Origin: an uncultured delta proteobacterium
GTDB lineage: Bacteria; Desulfobacterota; Syntrophia; Syntrophales; Fen-1087
Assembly (NCBI GenBank): GCA_963743175.1
Contig: CAVUOQ010000012.1
Coordinates: 257,323-321,322, forward strand
Reading direction: 5' to 3'
Length of the DNA stretch: 64,000 nt
The position numbers and the translations under genes were made by a program. Position 1 is the stretch's first letter; each line of letters starts with the position of its first letter. The notes under the pieces were generated by a model. That model saw nothing but the letters and a program-made list of their open reading frames with translations. It had not been told where the DNA came from and searched no databases. Positions 48,604-58,533 of the stretch are shown here, in pieces.

Positions 48604-48725
48604 CAGAATAAAACTTGCTTGCGCAACCCATTGAGTACGGTGGACAGCCACTCCAGTGCAGGGTGGATCTTCTCTCCTCTGCTGTCCCGATGACGATTCT
48701 TTAAGCTTCCTGTTTCTTCATTGCC

Positions 48726-49616
48726 TCACGAGACCATCTCGTCAATGATGACCTTGACAGGCTTGATCTCCTTGATGAGTGCGGCCACCTGGCCGGCTCC
48801 GGCCGGGAAGAGATCGAAGTCACCGCTCATCCAGCCCTTCGGGGCATTCATCAGATTGTATTCCTGCGATAGATCGAAGGTCGGATCTGCTGACAGGTCG
48901 ATCAGTTTCTTGTTGGGAATGACGCGCATCTTCATGTTTTTCAGGGGCACCAACGTCGTGCCGCCGTCGCCGCAGGCCAGAATGGCTTCTTTCCATCCCT
49001 GCGGGGCGGGCGCTTCTTCTGAGGCAATGAAGCGCGTCCCGACCTGCACCCCCTGCGCCCCCAAGGCCAGTGCCGCACGGTAACCACGTCGGTCGGCGAT
49101 GCCGCCCGCCGCCACGATGGGAATTTTCACATGATCGGCCACTAAAGGCACCAGGACCATCGTGGAGGACTCGGAGCCCATGGAACGTAAGCCGCCCGAC
49201 TCCGATCCGGAAACCACGAGTCCGTCCGCACCTTCACCGGCTGCCCGGATTGCGTGGGAAAATGCCAGGAGTACGTGCAACCCATTCATGCCCAGGTCGT
49301 GAATGAGGGGATAGATTCGCGCCGGCGATCCGGCCGAGGTCGTGACGGTCTTTACACCCGCTTCGGCCAGGATTTTCAGGATCTCAGGATTGGCGGGATT
49401 CATGATCATGATGTTGGCCCCGAAGGGCTTATCCGTGAGCTCTCGCACCCCGTCCACAAGCTTTCTCGTTTCCTCGGGGCTGCTGAACCCCAGTGCGAGC
49501 ATCCCGAAAGCACCCGCTTCGCAAACGGCAGCGGTCAGCCGCGGACTGTTCATGGCCGCAATGGGCCCCTGAATGATGGGATAACGGCAACCTAACATTC
49601 CCGCTAACGTTGACAT
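48726..49616 (-). CDS. nitronate monooxygenase / FabK-like enoyl reductase family protein
   Basis: YPIIQGPIAAM..., VAAGGIADRRG, GAQGVQVGTRF. Confidence 0.85.
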   Translation of the reverse strand: MSTLAGMLGCRYPIIQGPIAAMNSPRLTAAVCEAGAFGMLALGFSSPEETRKLVDGVRELTDKPFGANIMIMNPANPEILKILAEAGVKTVTTSAGSPARIYPLIHDLGMNGLHVLLAFSHAIRAAGEGADGLVVSGSESGGLRSMGSESSTMVLVPLVADHVKIPIVAAGGIADRRGYRAALALGAQGVQVGTRFIASEEAPAPQGWKEAILACGDGGTTLVPLKNMKMRVIPNKKLIDLSADPTFDLSQEYNLMNAPKGWMSGDFDLFPAGAGQVAALIKEIKPVKVIIDEMVS

Positions 49617-49777
49617 AGCATTTCCTCCTCGGTTTTATTCTGAATTCATCGTTCCCCTGCGCCTCTATTCAGCCGGAATATAAAGGTAAATACACCGTAT
49701 GTCAACAGTATTCAGGTCAACGGGGCAAAGCGTTATGCCCGGATGTATTTGTCCCAGGAATATTCAGCGGAAAATAT

Positions 49778-49795
49778 TGATTGACAAGTCAATCA
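49778..49795. promoter_or_regulatory. inverted repeat TGATTGAC-AA-GTCAATCA, candidate TetR operator overlapping a TTGACA -35-like hexamer
   Basis: Perfect 8-bp arms, 22 nt upstream of the TetR ATG, in the divergent FabK-like/TetR intergenic region. Confidence 0.5.
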
Positions 49796-49816
49796 GTTGC
49801 TGATAGCCAGCCCGTC

Positions 49817-50410
49817 ATGGACAGGACAGACCGCGAAAAAATCATTATCGACGCCGCGTTGAAGGTTTTCAGCACCAAAGGTTACGCCAGCACGCGCATG
49901 GCCGATATCGCCAAAGAGGCCGACATGTCTTACGGGTTGGTCTATCACTATTTTGAAAACAAGGAAAAGCTCTTCGACGCCATTGTGGAAGACTGGTGGA
50001 GCGGCTTCTACGACGCGCTGGACATACTGAAGCTAAGCGACATCAGCACGGAGGAAAAGCTGGTGGAAATCATCCGTTATATCCTCAAGGTCTACGAAAA
50101 CAAGCCGAATCAGCTTTCCATTTTCATCACCGAAGTCTCCCGGGGATTTGTCTATCATGCCAACTCCAAAGGAAAGGACAAGTTCAAGAAACTCTTTTCG
50201 CTCTGCAAGGACATTATGACGGAAGGGCAGCAGAGGGGTTTTCTGAGGAACGATATCCAGGCCAATTATCTGACCTACCTGTTCCTCGGCTCCATCGACT
50301 CCTTCCTGTCGGTTTTGATTCTCGGCAATGAAAAACTCAACGCGGCCAGGCAAAAACGCTTCACCGACGGCATTACGAGTGTATTTCTGAATGGGTCGGT
50401 GTCAAGATAA
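49817..50410 (+). CDS. TetR/AcrR family transcriptional regulator
   Basis: HTH region YASTRMADIAKEADMSYGLVYHYFENKEKLF. Start at ATG 49817 (the ORF-track TTG is at 49781). Confidence 0.9.
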   Translation: MDRTDREKIIIDAALKVFSTKGYASTRMADIAKEADMSYGLVYHYFENKEKLFDAIVEDWWSGFYDALDILKLSDISTEEKLVEIIRYILKVYENKPNQLSIFITEVSRGFVYHANSKGKDKFKKLFSLCKDIMTEGQQRGFLRNDIQANYLTYLFLGSIDSFLSVLILGNEKLNAARQKRFTDGITSVFLNGSVSR

Positions 50411-50426
50411 AGGACGCTCCACGGAT

Positions 50427-51029
50427 ATGATGCTCAAGGGCCAGCTACATACCCACACCACCTTTTCGGATGGCACGCTGACGCCGCAGGAAGTGGCTGA
50501 CGTTTACGCCTCTTTAGGCTTTGACTTCTTGGCCTTTACCGACCACGATCACCTGTTGAAACCCGCCGATTTGCAATTGCTCCGTGAGGTCAAATCCGAC
50601 ATGATCCTCTTTTTCGGCATCGAACTGACCGTGCGCTGCAGCAAGGGATATGTCCATGTCAACCGCATCGACGGCGACCGTGATGTCCTTCATATCTTCA
50701 ATCATCCGGCGGATTACGATCTGACGCTGAAAAAAACCATGGACTGCTTGGAAGAAGTCGCCGGCCTCTATGCCCTGGACGCTGTGGAGGTCACGCACCA
50801 TGGCTTTTACACCCCCCCGTTCGACATCGACGCGATCCCCTACCCCAAGGTGGCGGCGGATGATTCCCACAACCGTCTGGCCTGCGGGCGCGGCTGGGTT
50901 GAAATGGACTGCGAGCAAAACCGGGACGCCATTATCGCCGCCATTCGCAGCGGCAATTTCCGGAACCGCTATGCGGGCGGCACTTATAAAAGGAGACCCG
51001 CCGGTTTGCAGCGGATGCAACTGGCATAG
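50427..51029 (+). CDS. PHP-domain metal-dependent phosphoesterase
   Basis: LHTHTTFSDG and FTDHDH. Confidence 0.8.
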   Translation: MMLKGQLHTHTTFSDGTLTPQEVADVYASLGFDFLAFTDHDHLLKPADLQLLREVKSDMILFFGIELTVRCSKGYVHVNRIDGDRDVLHIFNHPADYDLTLKKTMDCLEEVAGLYALDAVEVTHHGFYTPPFDIDAIPYPKVAADDSHNRLACGRGWVEMDCEQNRDAIIAAIRSGNFRNRYAGGTYKRRPAGLQRMQLA

Positions 51030-51074
51030 CCTCTAAATTTGTATAAACATTCAAAGGAGGAAGGAGATGTTTTT

Positions 51075-52223
51075 ATGGCTGCTAAAAAAGTGGCAATCTG
51101 TGCGGTCGCCCAGCACAGGAACGAATCCGATCTCTGGCACAAGCGGTTTCAGGGCATGCTTCTGGACGTGCTCGAGGATCTGCAGGCCCAGACGGGATTC
51201 GACTTCAACGAAGAGACCGGCGTCAATACCATCGTGAGCTGCTCCGATGATTTTTTTGACGCCCGGACGATTTCCAACAACGGCGTCACCGACGTTCTGG
51301 GCGGCCATTATCGCGCCGAGGAAAAAATGGCCCAGGAAGGTCTCAACGCCATCGGCTACGCCATGTCAGTGATCCTGTCCGGCCATAGCGACCTGGTGCT
51401 TGTCATGGGCCACTGCAAGGAGTCGCAGTCCGAAAGCCGCAACATGATCACCAACATGGGCTTCGATCCTTTCTACGGCCGCGCGGTCGGGCTGGACTAC
51501 ATGAATGCGGCGGCGCTGCAGGCCCGCGCCTACATGACGAAAGCGGGCGTCACGGACGAACACCTGGCCCGGGTCGTGGTGCGCGCCCGTCAGTGGGCCG
51601 CCAAGAATCCCTATGCCAACGCCCGCGAAGTCGTTGAAGGCGGAAAGGTCATGGCTTCCCCCATGATCTGCGATCCCATCCGGCAGCTCCATGCTTACCC
51701 CGTCTCGGACGGCGCCGTGGGCATGCTCCTGGCCTCGGAAGCGCGGGCACGGGAATTTACAAAAAAACCCGTCTGGATCACAGGCTTTGCCAACTGCATG
51801 GACAGTTATTTTTTCGGCGACCGCGACCTGACGAGCAACTTCGCCCTGAAAAAAGCGGCGGAACGCGCCTATCAAAAAGCCGGAATCAAGGACCCGAAAA
51901 AGGCGATCGACGTGGTCGAAGTCTCGGACGCCTACGCCTATCAGCAGCCCCTGTGGATGGAAGGGCTGGGCTTTAGTGAAGCGGGACAGGGCGGCCGGTT
52001 CATCGAGGAGGGCGGACCCGAAAAATACAAGGTAAATCAATCCGGCGGCATGCTGGCGGGCAACCCCGTGATCATTTCCGGATTGTACCGGGCCGCGGAA
52101 GCCGCGCTTCAGCTCCGGGGCGAGGCGGGAGACCATCAGGTCCCGGATGCGAAGCGCGCGCTGGCGCAATCAACAACCGGAGCGGCCGGACAGTTTCACT
52201 CCGTGTTAATTCTTGAGGCATAG
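51075..52223 (+). CDS. thiolase-fold (SCP-x-like) protein, catalytic Cys/His apparently absent
   Basis: Thiolase-like length and motifs (..GHSDLVLVMGHCKES.., NQSGGMLAGNPVIISG, LQLRGEAG). Start at MAAKKVAI after the RBS AGGAGGAAGGAG. Confidence 0.85.
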   Translation: MAAKKVAICAVAQHRNESDLWHKRFQGMLLDVLEDLQAQTGFDFNEETGVNTIVSCSDDFFDARTISNNGVTDVLGGHYRAEEKMAQEGLNAIGYAMSVILSGHSDLVLVMGHCKESQSESRNMITNMGFDPFYGRAVGLDYMNAAALQARAYMTKAGVTDEHLARVVVRARQWAAKNPYANAREVVEGGKVMASPMICDPIRQLHAYPVSDGAVGMLLASEARAREFTKKPVWITGFANCMDSYFFGDRDLTSNFALKKAAERAYQKAGIKDPKKAIDVVEVSDAYAYQQPLWMEGLGFSEAGQGGRFIEEGGPEKYKVNQSGGMLAGNPVIISGLYRAAEAALQLRGEAGDHQVPDAKRALAQSTTGAAGQFHSVLILEA

Positions 52224-52232
52224 GGAGGTCCA

Positions 52233-53450
52233 ATGATGAAAAAACATAAAAAGAATAGAAATGTCGCGATTATCGGCATCGGCCAGACCAGCCTGTCCTC
52301 TCACAAGGAAGACCAGAACCAGGTGGAAATGGTCCAGGAGGCCGTGATCAATGCCCTGCAGGATGCCAATCTCACGATCAACGACATTGACTGCATCGTC
52401 CACGGCAACATGGAGCTTTTTGAAATGCAGTTTGCCCCGGATTTATGGCATTCTTTGGGAACCGGCGCCCGCGGCAAGGACGAATATCGGATCACGACCG
52501 GCGGCACGACCGGGATGACCCTGGTCTGTGCAGCCGACAACCTCGTGGCCTCCGGGCTTTATGATACGGTGCTTGCCATCGGAATGGAGAAACTGCAGGA
52601 GGGCAACACCACCGGCGGCATTACCAACATGGCCGATCCGCTGTGGTTCAGAAATCTGCAGACGGGCGCCCTGACCGGCACGACCGCCACGGAAATGATT
52701 AATGAATTCGGAGAGGAACGGGCAAAACGCGCCGCCATAAAATACCGCATCATGATGGACAAGCACGCCATGCTCAATCCCCGCGCGCATCGCCGCTTCG
52801 GCCTGGAATATGAACAGGGTCCAGAGCTGGCGGCCACCTCTCCGCAACTGGTGGGAGAGCTCCGGCTCATTCACATGTGCTCCCAGTCGGACGGCGCTTG
52901 CGCCATGATCTTCACGTCCGAGCAAAAGGTCAAAAAAGGGACCGCCAAGCCGCCCGTCTGGATTCGCGACCACCTTCAGACCCACCGTGAAGAAACGATC
53001 CCCAATCTTTTCGGTCGCATCAAGCCGGAGATGACCCACCATTACTGCGCCCGAAAGCTCTATGAGCGCAACGGCATTGCCGACCCGGTTGACTATTTTG
53101 ATGTGTTCGAAATGTACGACCCTTCCGCCTGGTGGGCCATGGACTGGCTGCGGGAATTCTTCTTGCTGAAAGGCGATGAACACCTCCAGATGCTCGAACG
53201 CGGCGATTTTGATCTGGACGGCAAGATTCCCATCAACCCGTCCGGCGGCGTGATTGCCAGCAACCCCATCGGCGCAACGGCCATGCTGAGGCCGGCGGAG
53301 GCTGCCCTGCAGATCCGCGGAGACGCCGGTCCGCACCAGATCAAAAAAGAGGTGAAACATGCACTGGCATCCGGTTTCGGGGGCACGTTATGGACTACGC
53401 TGATGATTTTAGAAAAAGACCTTAATTGGCAGGAGGTTGAAAATGGCTGA
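52233..53450 (+). CDS. thiolase-fold (SCP-x-like) protein, catalytic Cys/His apparently absent
   Basis: NVAIIGIGQT, VLAIGMEKL, NPSGGVIASNPIGAT and LQIRGDAG. Confidence 0.85.
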   Translation: MMKKHKKNRNVAIIGIGQTSLSSHKEDQNQVEMVQEAVINALQDANLTINDIDCIVHGNMELFEMQFAPDLWHSLGTGARGKDEYRITTGGTTGMTLVCAADNLVASGLYDTVLAIGMEKLQEGNTTGGITNMADPLWFRNLQTGALTGTTATEMINEFGEERAKRAAIKYRIMMDKHAMLNPRAHRRFGLEYEQGPELAATSPQLVGELRLIHMCSQSDGACAMIFTSEQKVKKGTAKPPVWIRDHLQTHREETIPNLFGRIKPEMTHHYCARKLYERNGIADPVDYFDVFEMYDPSAWWAMDWLREFFLLKGDEHLQMLERGDFDLDGKIPINPSGGVIASNPIGATAMLRPAEAALQIRGDAGPHQIKKEVKHALASGFGGTLWTTLMILEKDLNWQEVENG

Positions 53451-54603
53451 ATATTATGGGGCAACCGTTGCGGATATCTTCAATACCATGCCCAAACGCT
53501 TCAAGCCCGAAGAGGCGAAGGACGTGGATATTATCATCGGATACGAGGCGACCGGCGAAGGGGGCGGCATGTGGACGGCCCACATCAAGCACGGAACCCT
53601 GACCGTCAACAAAGTCGAAGAACTCAAGGGGTGCAAGACCACCATTCACGCCAATGCGGAAACGTTTGTGGGCGTGACACTCGGGAAAATCACCGCCATC
53701 GACGCCTTGACCTCACAGAAGCTGCGCGTGGTCGGGGACGCCCGGCTGCTCATGACGCTGCTGCCGAAGGTCTTCGTTCCGTTCACGGTCATTCCCAAGA
53801 AAAAAGCGGTCAGTGCCCGGGACATCCTGACGACCGTGGAATCGCGCTTCCGTCCCGAGAAGGCCGAAGGCGTCGCCATGAATGTCGGTTACGACCTCAC
53901 CGGTCCGGAGGGCGGTCAGTGGACCCTGCAGATCAAGGATGAACAATGCAAGGTTCGCGAAGGATTTTCGGATAACCTGACCGTCAAGCTCATCATGGAT
54001 GCGGGCGTCTATGCCGGCATGATGCTCGGAACCATCGACGGTGCGTCGGCGTTTACGTCCGGACAGGTCAAGATCGAAGGGGATATGATGGCCGCGGCGG
54101 CGACGGGAAAATTCTTTCACAAGTATGTGGATCCAGGCGCAAAGGAAGCGGAGGAACTGATCTGCCTGCGGGTCACCAATGCCCTCGAACAGCGATTCGC
54201 ATCGGGTCCCGTCATGGGAAAGTGGTTTGCCGGACTGCGCGAAAAGAAATTCCTGGCAAACAAGTGTCCCGAATGCGGCCGGACGCAGATCCCGCCCCGT
54301 GAAATCTGCGCGATCTGCCGGGTCCGCGTCAATGAATTCGTCGAACTGGGACCGGCCGGCACGGTGACCAACTATGACATCGTCTATTTTGCGAGCCCCG
54401 ATCCGCTTACAGGCGCTGGCCGGGATACGCCCTACGCCCCTATATACGTGGTGCTGGACGGCGCCAGCGAAAGTGAGGCCTTTGCCTTTGAACTCAAGAA
54501 GGAGGACATCAGCCGGATCAAGGTAGGGGCTCGGGTGAGGCCGGTCTGGGCGGACAAGCCCGTCGGCAGCTTCAGGGACGTGCTCTGCTTTGAAATGGAA
54601 TAG
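53443..54603 (+). CDS. two SCP2-like domains fused to a DUF35 zinc-ribbon/OB-fold domain
   Basis: SCP2-like repeats (..LTVNKVEELKGCKTTIHANAETFVGVTLGKI..QKLRVVGD.. and ..LIMDAGVYAGMMLGTIDGASAFTSGQVKIEGD..), then CPECGRTQIPPREICAICR and an OB part. The ATG at 53443 follows the RBS AGGAGG. Confidence 0.8.
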   Translation: MAEYYGATVADIFNTMPKRFKPEEAKDVDIIIGYEATGEGGGMWTAHIKHGTLTVNKVEELKGCKTTIHANAETFVGVTLGKITAIDALTSQKLRVVGDARLLMTLLPKVFVPFTVIPKKKAVSARDILTTVESRFRPEKAEGVAMNVGYDLTGPEGGQWTLQIKDEQCKVREGFSDNLTVKLIMDAGVYAGMMLGTIDGASAFTSGQVKIEGDMMAAAATGKFFHKYVDPGAKEAEELICLRVTNALEQRFASGPVMGKWFAGLREKKFLANKCPECGRTQIPPREICAICRVRVNEFVELGPAGTVTNYDIVYFASPDPLTGAGRDTPYAPIYVVLDGASESEAFAFELKKEDISRIKVGARVRPVWADKPVGSFRDVLCFEME

Positions 54604-54622
54604 AATCAGGAGGAAACGACGT

Positions 54623-55078
54623 ATGAAAGAAGACACCAATAACTGCTTTGTCCTGGAAGGGAAAATGGCCCTTCCGAATCAGTATTTTGCCGGACGGCTT
54701 GGATCGCAATTCATCATCGCCCTGCGGGACAAGAAAAAGATCAAGGGCGTCCGCTGTGAGAAATGCAGCACAACCTTCATCCCGCCCAGAGAATACTGTG
54801 AGCATTGCTGGACGAAGATCGCCGACAACTGGGTGGATCTGGGCAATGAAGGGGAACTGGTCAATTATACCGTCGTGCGCTACAACGACAAGCATCTCCC
54901 GAAAAAGGCGCCCTATATCCTGGGACAGATCAAATTGACCGGTGCGGATACGCCGCTGACGCATATCGTCACGGGCGTCGATCCCAGGGATGTGCGTGTG
55001 GGCATGAAGGTCAAGGCGGTTTTTGCAGAAAAGACGACCAACACGATCATGGATCTGGATCATTTTGAGCCGGTGTAA
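54623..55078 (+). CDS. DUF35 zinc-ribbon/OB-fold protein
   Basis: CEKCSTTFIPPREYCEHC followed by an OB-fold part. RBS AGGAGG. Confidence 0.85.
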   Translation: MKEDTNNCFVLEGKMALPNQYFAGRLGSQFIIALRDKKKIKGVRCEKCSTTFIPPREYCEHCWTKIADNWVDLGNEGELVNYTVVRYNDKHLPKKAPYILGQIKLTGADTPLTHIVTGVDPRDVRVGMKVKAVFAEKTTNTIMDLDHFEPV

Positions 55079-55146
55079 AGGAAATCCGGAGCAAAAGCGT
55101 CTTAACCATATCTCGATGAATTTTCTGACAGAAGGAGGAACACATC

Positions 55147-56019
55147 ATGGCAAAGGAAGCGAATCCCGTCATCATCTGCGCGGCGCTGACCGGGGCGGCG
55201 ACCGCGAAAAACAACAACCCCAGCACTCCCTATACGATTCAGGAATTTGCCGAGGAGGCCTATAAATGCCGGCAGGCCGGGGCGGCGATGGTCCATGTCC
55301 ATGCCCGGACGGACGACGGCCAGCCGACGCATGAAATCGACCGGATTCAGGCCGTTTACGACGCCATCAAGCAGAAAAGTCCGGACCTGCTCATCTGCCT
55401 GAGCTCTGCCGTTGGCATCTTCAAGACACCGGAAGAGCGTCTGGCCCAAATCATCGCCGTCAAGCCGGAGATGGCCTCCTACAACACCAACAGCATGAAT
55501 TTCAGCATCATCGACCGAAATACGGGGATGATCTTTTTCGATTATATTTTCGACAACACCTTCACGATGCTGCAGGACTTCGGCAAGGCCTTTGAAGAGA
55601 ACAAGGTCAAGCCCGAGATCGAGTGTTATGACGTCAGCGGCATCGACAACACCATGATCATCTCCAAGCAGGGCTTTTTCACGCAGCCCATGAATTTCAA
55701 TTTTGTCTGGGGTGTCACGGGCGGCCAGCATTTCCGGCCCGAGATGATGATCGCCATGAAGAACGCCCTGCCGCCGGGCTCCAATTTCACCACGTGCGCC
55801 GTCGGCGTAGAGCAGTTTCCCGCCAACATGATGTCCTGCATCCTGGGCGGCAACATGCGCGTAGGGATGGAGGACAACACCCGCATGCCCAACGGCGATC
55901 TGGCCAAAGGCAGCTACGAACAGGTGGAATGGTGCGTGAAAGTGGCCGCCGCCCTGAACCGGGAACCGGCGACACCGGCAGAAGCCCGTGAAATTATGGG
56001 TATCCGGAAAGAATCATAA
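55147..56019 (+). CDS. BKACE-family (3-keto-5-aminohexanoate cleavage enzyme-like, DUF849) protein
   Basis: IICAALTGA...AGAAMVHVHARTDDG. Confidence 0.85.
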   Translation: MAKEANPVIICAALTGAATAKNNNPSTPYTIQEFAEEAYKCRQAGAAMVHVHARTDDGQPTHEIDRIQAVYDAIKQKSPDLLICLSSAVGIFKTPEERLAQIIAVKPEMASYNTNSMNFSIIDRNTGMIFFDYIFDNTFTMLQDFGKAFEENKVKPEIECYDVSGIDNTMIISKQGFFTQPMNFNFVWGVTGGQHFRPEMMIAMKNALPPGSNFTTCAVGVEQFPANMMSCILGGNMRVGMEDNTRMPNGDLAKGSYEQVEWCVKVAAALNREPATPAEAREIMGIRKES

Positions 56020-56030
56020 AGGAAAAAATC

Positions 56031-57179
56031 ATGGATTTTTCATTCAACGATGAACAGCGCATGTTCCGGGAAACCGTGTACCGATTCGTCAAGGAAGAGA
56101 TCGCGCCGCTTTGCGAGGAAGCCGATCTCAAGGGCGAGTTCAGTTTCGACGTCTGGCGGAAAATGGGCGAGATGGGCCTGCTGGGCCTGCCCATTCCGGA
56201 ACAATACGGCGGACAGGGGGCGGATATTGTAACCTGCTGCCTGGCCGGCGAGGCCGTGGGGCACGCGGGCGCGGATGGCGGCCACACGTTGGCCTGGGGC
56301 GCCCATACCTATCTGTGCGCCGCCAATATCATGCAACACGGAACGGAGGCGCAAAAAAAGAAATATCTGCCCAAACTGGCCACCGGCGAATGGATCGGCT
56401 GCATGGGACTGACCGAACCGGGGTGTGGATCGGATGCCGCCGCCCTGACGACGACCGCCGTCAGAAAAGGGGACAAGTATATCCTGAACGGCTCCAAGAC
56501 GTTTATCACCAACGCCCCTCTGTCGGAAGTTTTCGTCGTCTTTGCCACGCTCGACAAGGCACAGAAACACAAGGGCATTACGACATTCATTGTGGAAAAG
56601 GGCTTCCCGGGAATTTCCACCGGAAAGCCGATGCACAAGATGGGCTGCAGAGCTTCCGTAACCTCCGAGGTTTTCTTTGAAGACTGCGAGGTCCCCATGG
56701 AAAACTGTCTCGGTGGGGAAGGCCTGGGTTGGCTCATCGCCCTGGGCGGCGTCGAGTGGGATCGCAGCACGCTGCTTTCGCCGTTTCTCGGGGGCGGCAT
56801 GTTTATGCTGGAAAACTGTGCACGTTACGCCAATCAGCGCCGGGCCTTCAACCGGCCAATCCGTGACTTTCAGTCCATTCAGAACCGCATCGCCGACATG
56901 AAAGTCTATATCGAGGCCTCCAAGCTGGCCGTTTACCGCGTGGCCGCCTCCAAGGACAACGGTATGGCCCTGAACCCGCTCTATGCAGGCGTGAGCAAGG
57001 TTTACATGGGCGACAAGGGTTTCGAGATGTCCTCGGCGGCCGTCGATCTCTTCGGCGGATACGGCTACATCCATGAGTATCCTGTCGAGCGCGGATTGCG
57101 GGATGCAAAGCTGGGACAGTTGGGCGGCGGCACGTCGGATATCATGCGCATGATCGTTGCCCGGATCATGATGATGTAG
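56031..57179 (+). CDS. acyl-CoA dehydrogenase
   Basis: GCMGLTEPGCGSDAA, FITNA, and the C-terminal YEGTSDI-like GGGTSDIM. Confidence 0.9.
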   Translation: MDFSFNDEQRMFRETVYRFVKEEIAPLCEEADLKGEFSFDVWRKMGEMGLLGLPIPEQYGGQGADIVTCCLAGEAVGHAGADGGHTLAWGAHTYLCAANIMQHGTEAQKKKYLPKLATGEWIGCMGLTEPGCGSDAAALTTTAVRKGDKYILNGSKTFITNAPLSEVFVVFATLDKAQKHKGITTFIVEKGFPGISTGKPMHKMGCRASVTSEVFFEDCEVPMENCLGGEGLGWLIALGGVEWDRSTLLSPFLGGGMFMLENCARYANQRRAFNRPIRDFQSIQNRIADMKVYIEASKLAVYRVAASKDNGMALNPLYAGVSKVYMGDKGFEMSSAAVDLFGGYGYIHEYPVERGLRDAKLGQLGGGTSDIMRMIVARIMMM

Positions 57180-57193
57180 GGAGGGAAAAATCA

Positions 57194-58336
57194 ATGAACT
57201 TTGAACTCAACGAGACACAGAAAAATCTGCAGAAAACGATGGCCGCCTTCTGCCAGACAGAGATTCTGCCGGGCGCCGCCGCGCTGGATGCAATGCCGAA
57301 AGAACAGGTCGCCGCCGCGCTCAAAGCCAATCTGAAAAAACTGGGGGCTGCCGGTTATCTGAATCTTCTCCTTGAAGGTGATCTGGTCGGCCAGTGCGTA
57401 GCCGGCGAGGAAGCGGCCCGGGCCTGTCCGGCCACCTTTGTCTGTGCCATGTCCACGGCGACGGCCTTCGGCCTTCCCGTGAAACGATTCGGCGCCCCGG
57501 CCCAACAGGAGAAATATCTGCCCGGCGTCATCCGGGGGGAGTTCATCGGCGGCCTGGCCTGCACCGAAGCCGACGCAGGCTCTGATCTGTCCGGCATCCG
57601 GACGACCGCGGAAAAGAAGGGCCCCGGCTGGATTCTCAACGGATCTAAATATCTGGTCACCAATGCACCGATCGCCGACGCCCTGCTGGTGCTGGCCTGG
57701 ACCGACCGCGCCGCCGGGCTGGACAAAGGCCTGACATTTTTTATCATTGAAAAAGAGGCAACGGGCTTGAACATCGGACCACCGCTGGAAACCATGGGGC
57801 TGCGCGGCGCCCTGATCTCGGAAATCACATTTGATAACTGTGAACTCTCTGATGATGCGGTCCTCGGTCATGAAGCCGGCCATGGTTACGCTCAGTTTAC
57901 GCAGGTGATGGAGTATGTAAAGCTGGCGCTGTCCGCCATGTCCGTGGGACTCGGAACGGCCTGCATGGAAGATTCGACGACATACGCCAAGACCAGAAAA
58001 GCCTTCGGAAAACCTATCGGTTTGTTCGAAGGGGTCGGCGCCAAGCTGGCGACGATGTTCACCGCCAATGACGTGGGTCGGATGCTGGCCTATCGGGCGG
58101 CCTGGGCCATGGAACAACAGGACCCGGAAAGTGCGGTGCTGACCGCCTGCGCCAAGCTTTTCACGAGTGAAGCCGTGAATGAAATCGCCGACCTGGCCAT
58201 GCAGGTGTACGGCGGGCACGGTTATCTGAAGGGCTCGACGGTGGAACGGCTTTACCGGGATGCCCGGTATGCGGTCATCGCTTATGGCACATCGGAAATG
58301 CAGCGGGCCGCGATCGCCAGGGACAGCTCTGGATAA
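57194..58336 (+). CDS. acyl-CoA dehydrogenase
   Basis: GGLACTEADAGSDLS, LVTNA and QVYGGHGY. Confidence 0.9.
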   Translation: MNFELNETQKNLQKTMAAFCQTEILPGAAALDAMPKEQVAAALKANLKKLGAAGYLNLLLEGDLVGQCVAGEEAARACPATFVCAMSTATAFGLPVKRFGAPAQQEKYLPGVIRGEFIGGLACTEADAGSDLSGIRTTAEKKGPGWILNGSKYLVTNAPIADALLVLAWTDRAAGLDKGLTFFIIEKEATGLNIGPPLETMGLRGALISEITFDNCELSDDAVLGHEAGHGYAQFTQVMEYVKLALSAMSVGLGTACMEDSTTYAKTRKAFGKPIGLFEGVGAKLATMFTANDVGRMLAYRAAWAMEQQDPESAVLTACAKLFTSEAVNEIADLAMQVYGGHGYLKGSTVERLYRDARYAVIAYGTSEMQRAAIARDSSG

Positions 58337-58347
58337 GTTCACGTCAT

Positions 58348-58475
58348 GACGACTTCGTAAAAAGTCCGGATGCTTCGTTGCGCGGCATCATTACGTCATT
58401 GCGGTGTATGTCGGTATACGCCTCATTCCTCATGATTTGCGCGCCTCGCCTGCGGAGCTTTTTTTCGAAGCCGTC
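58348..58475. repeat. palindromic intergenic repeat, family 2 (copy 3)
   Basis: GACGACTTCGTAAAAAGTCCGGATGC...GCGGAGCTTTTTTTCGAAGCCGTC. Begins 11 nt after the acyl-CoA dehydrogenase stop. Confidence 0.75.
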
Positions 58476-58533
58476 TTAAATGCAACTTTTTGACATTTTA
58501 CAAATTCATCAAGCCATAAGAGGGGAAAGCGAC

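Noticed and set aside
56040-58342. Two full-length antisense ORFs (56040..57194 and 57191..58342) that mirror the two acyl-CoA dehydrogenase genes almost end to end
   Set aside because: The sense strands carry unambiguous ACAD motifs. The antisense products are Arg/Gly/His-rich with no motifs. This is typical shadow-ORF behaviour of GC-biased codon usage, with no evidence of overprinting.
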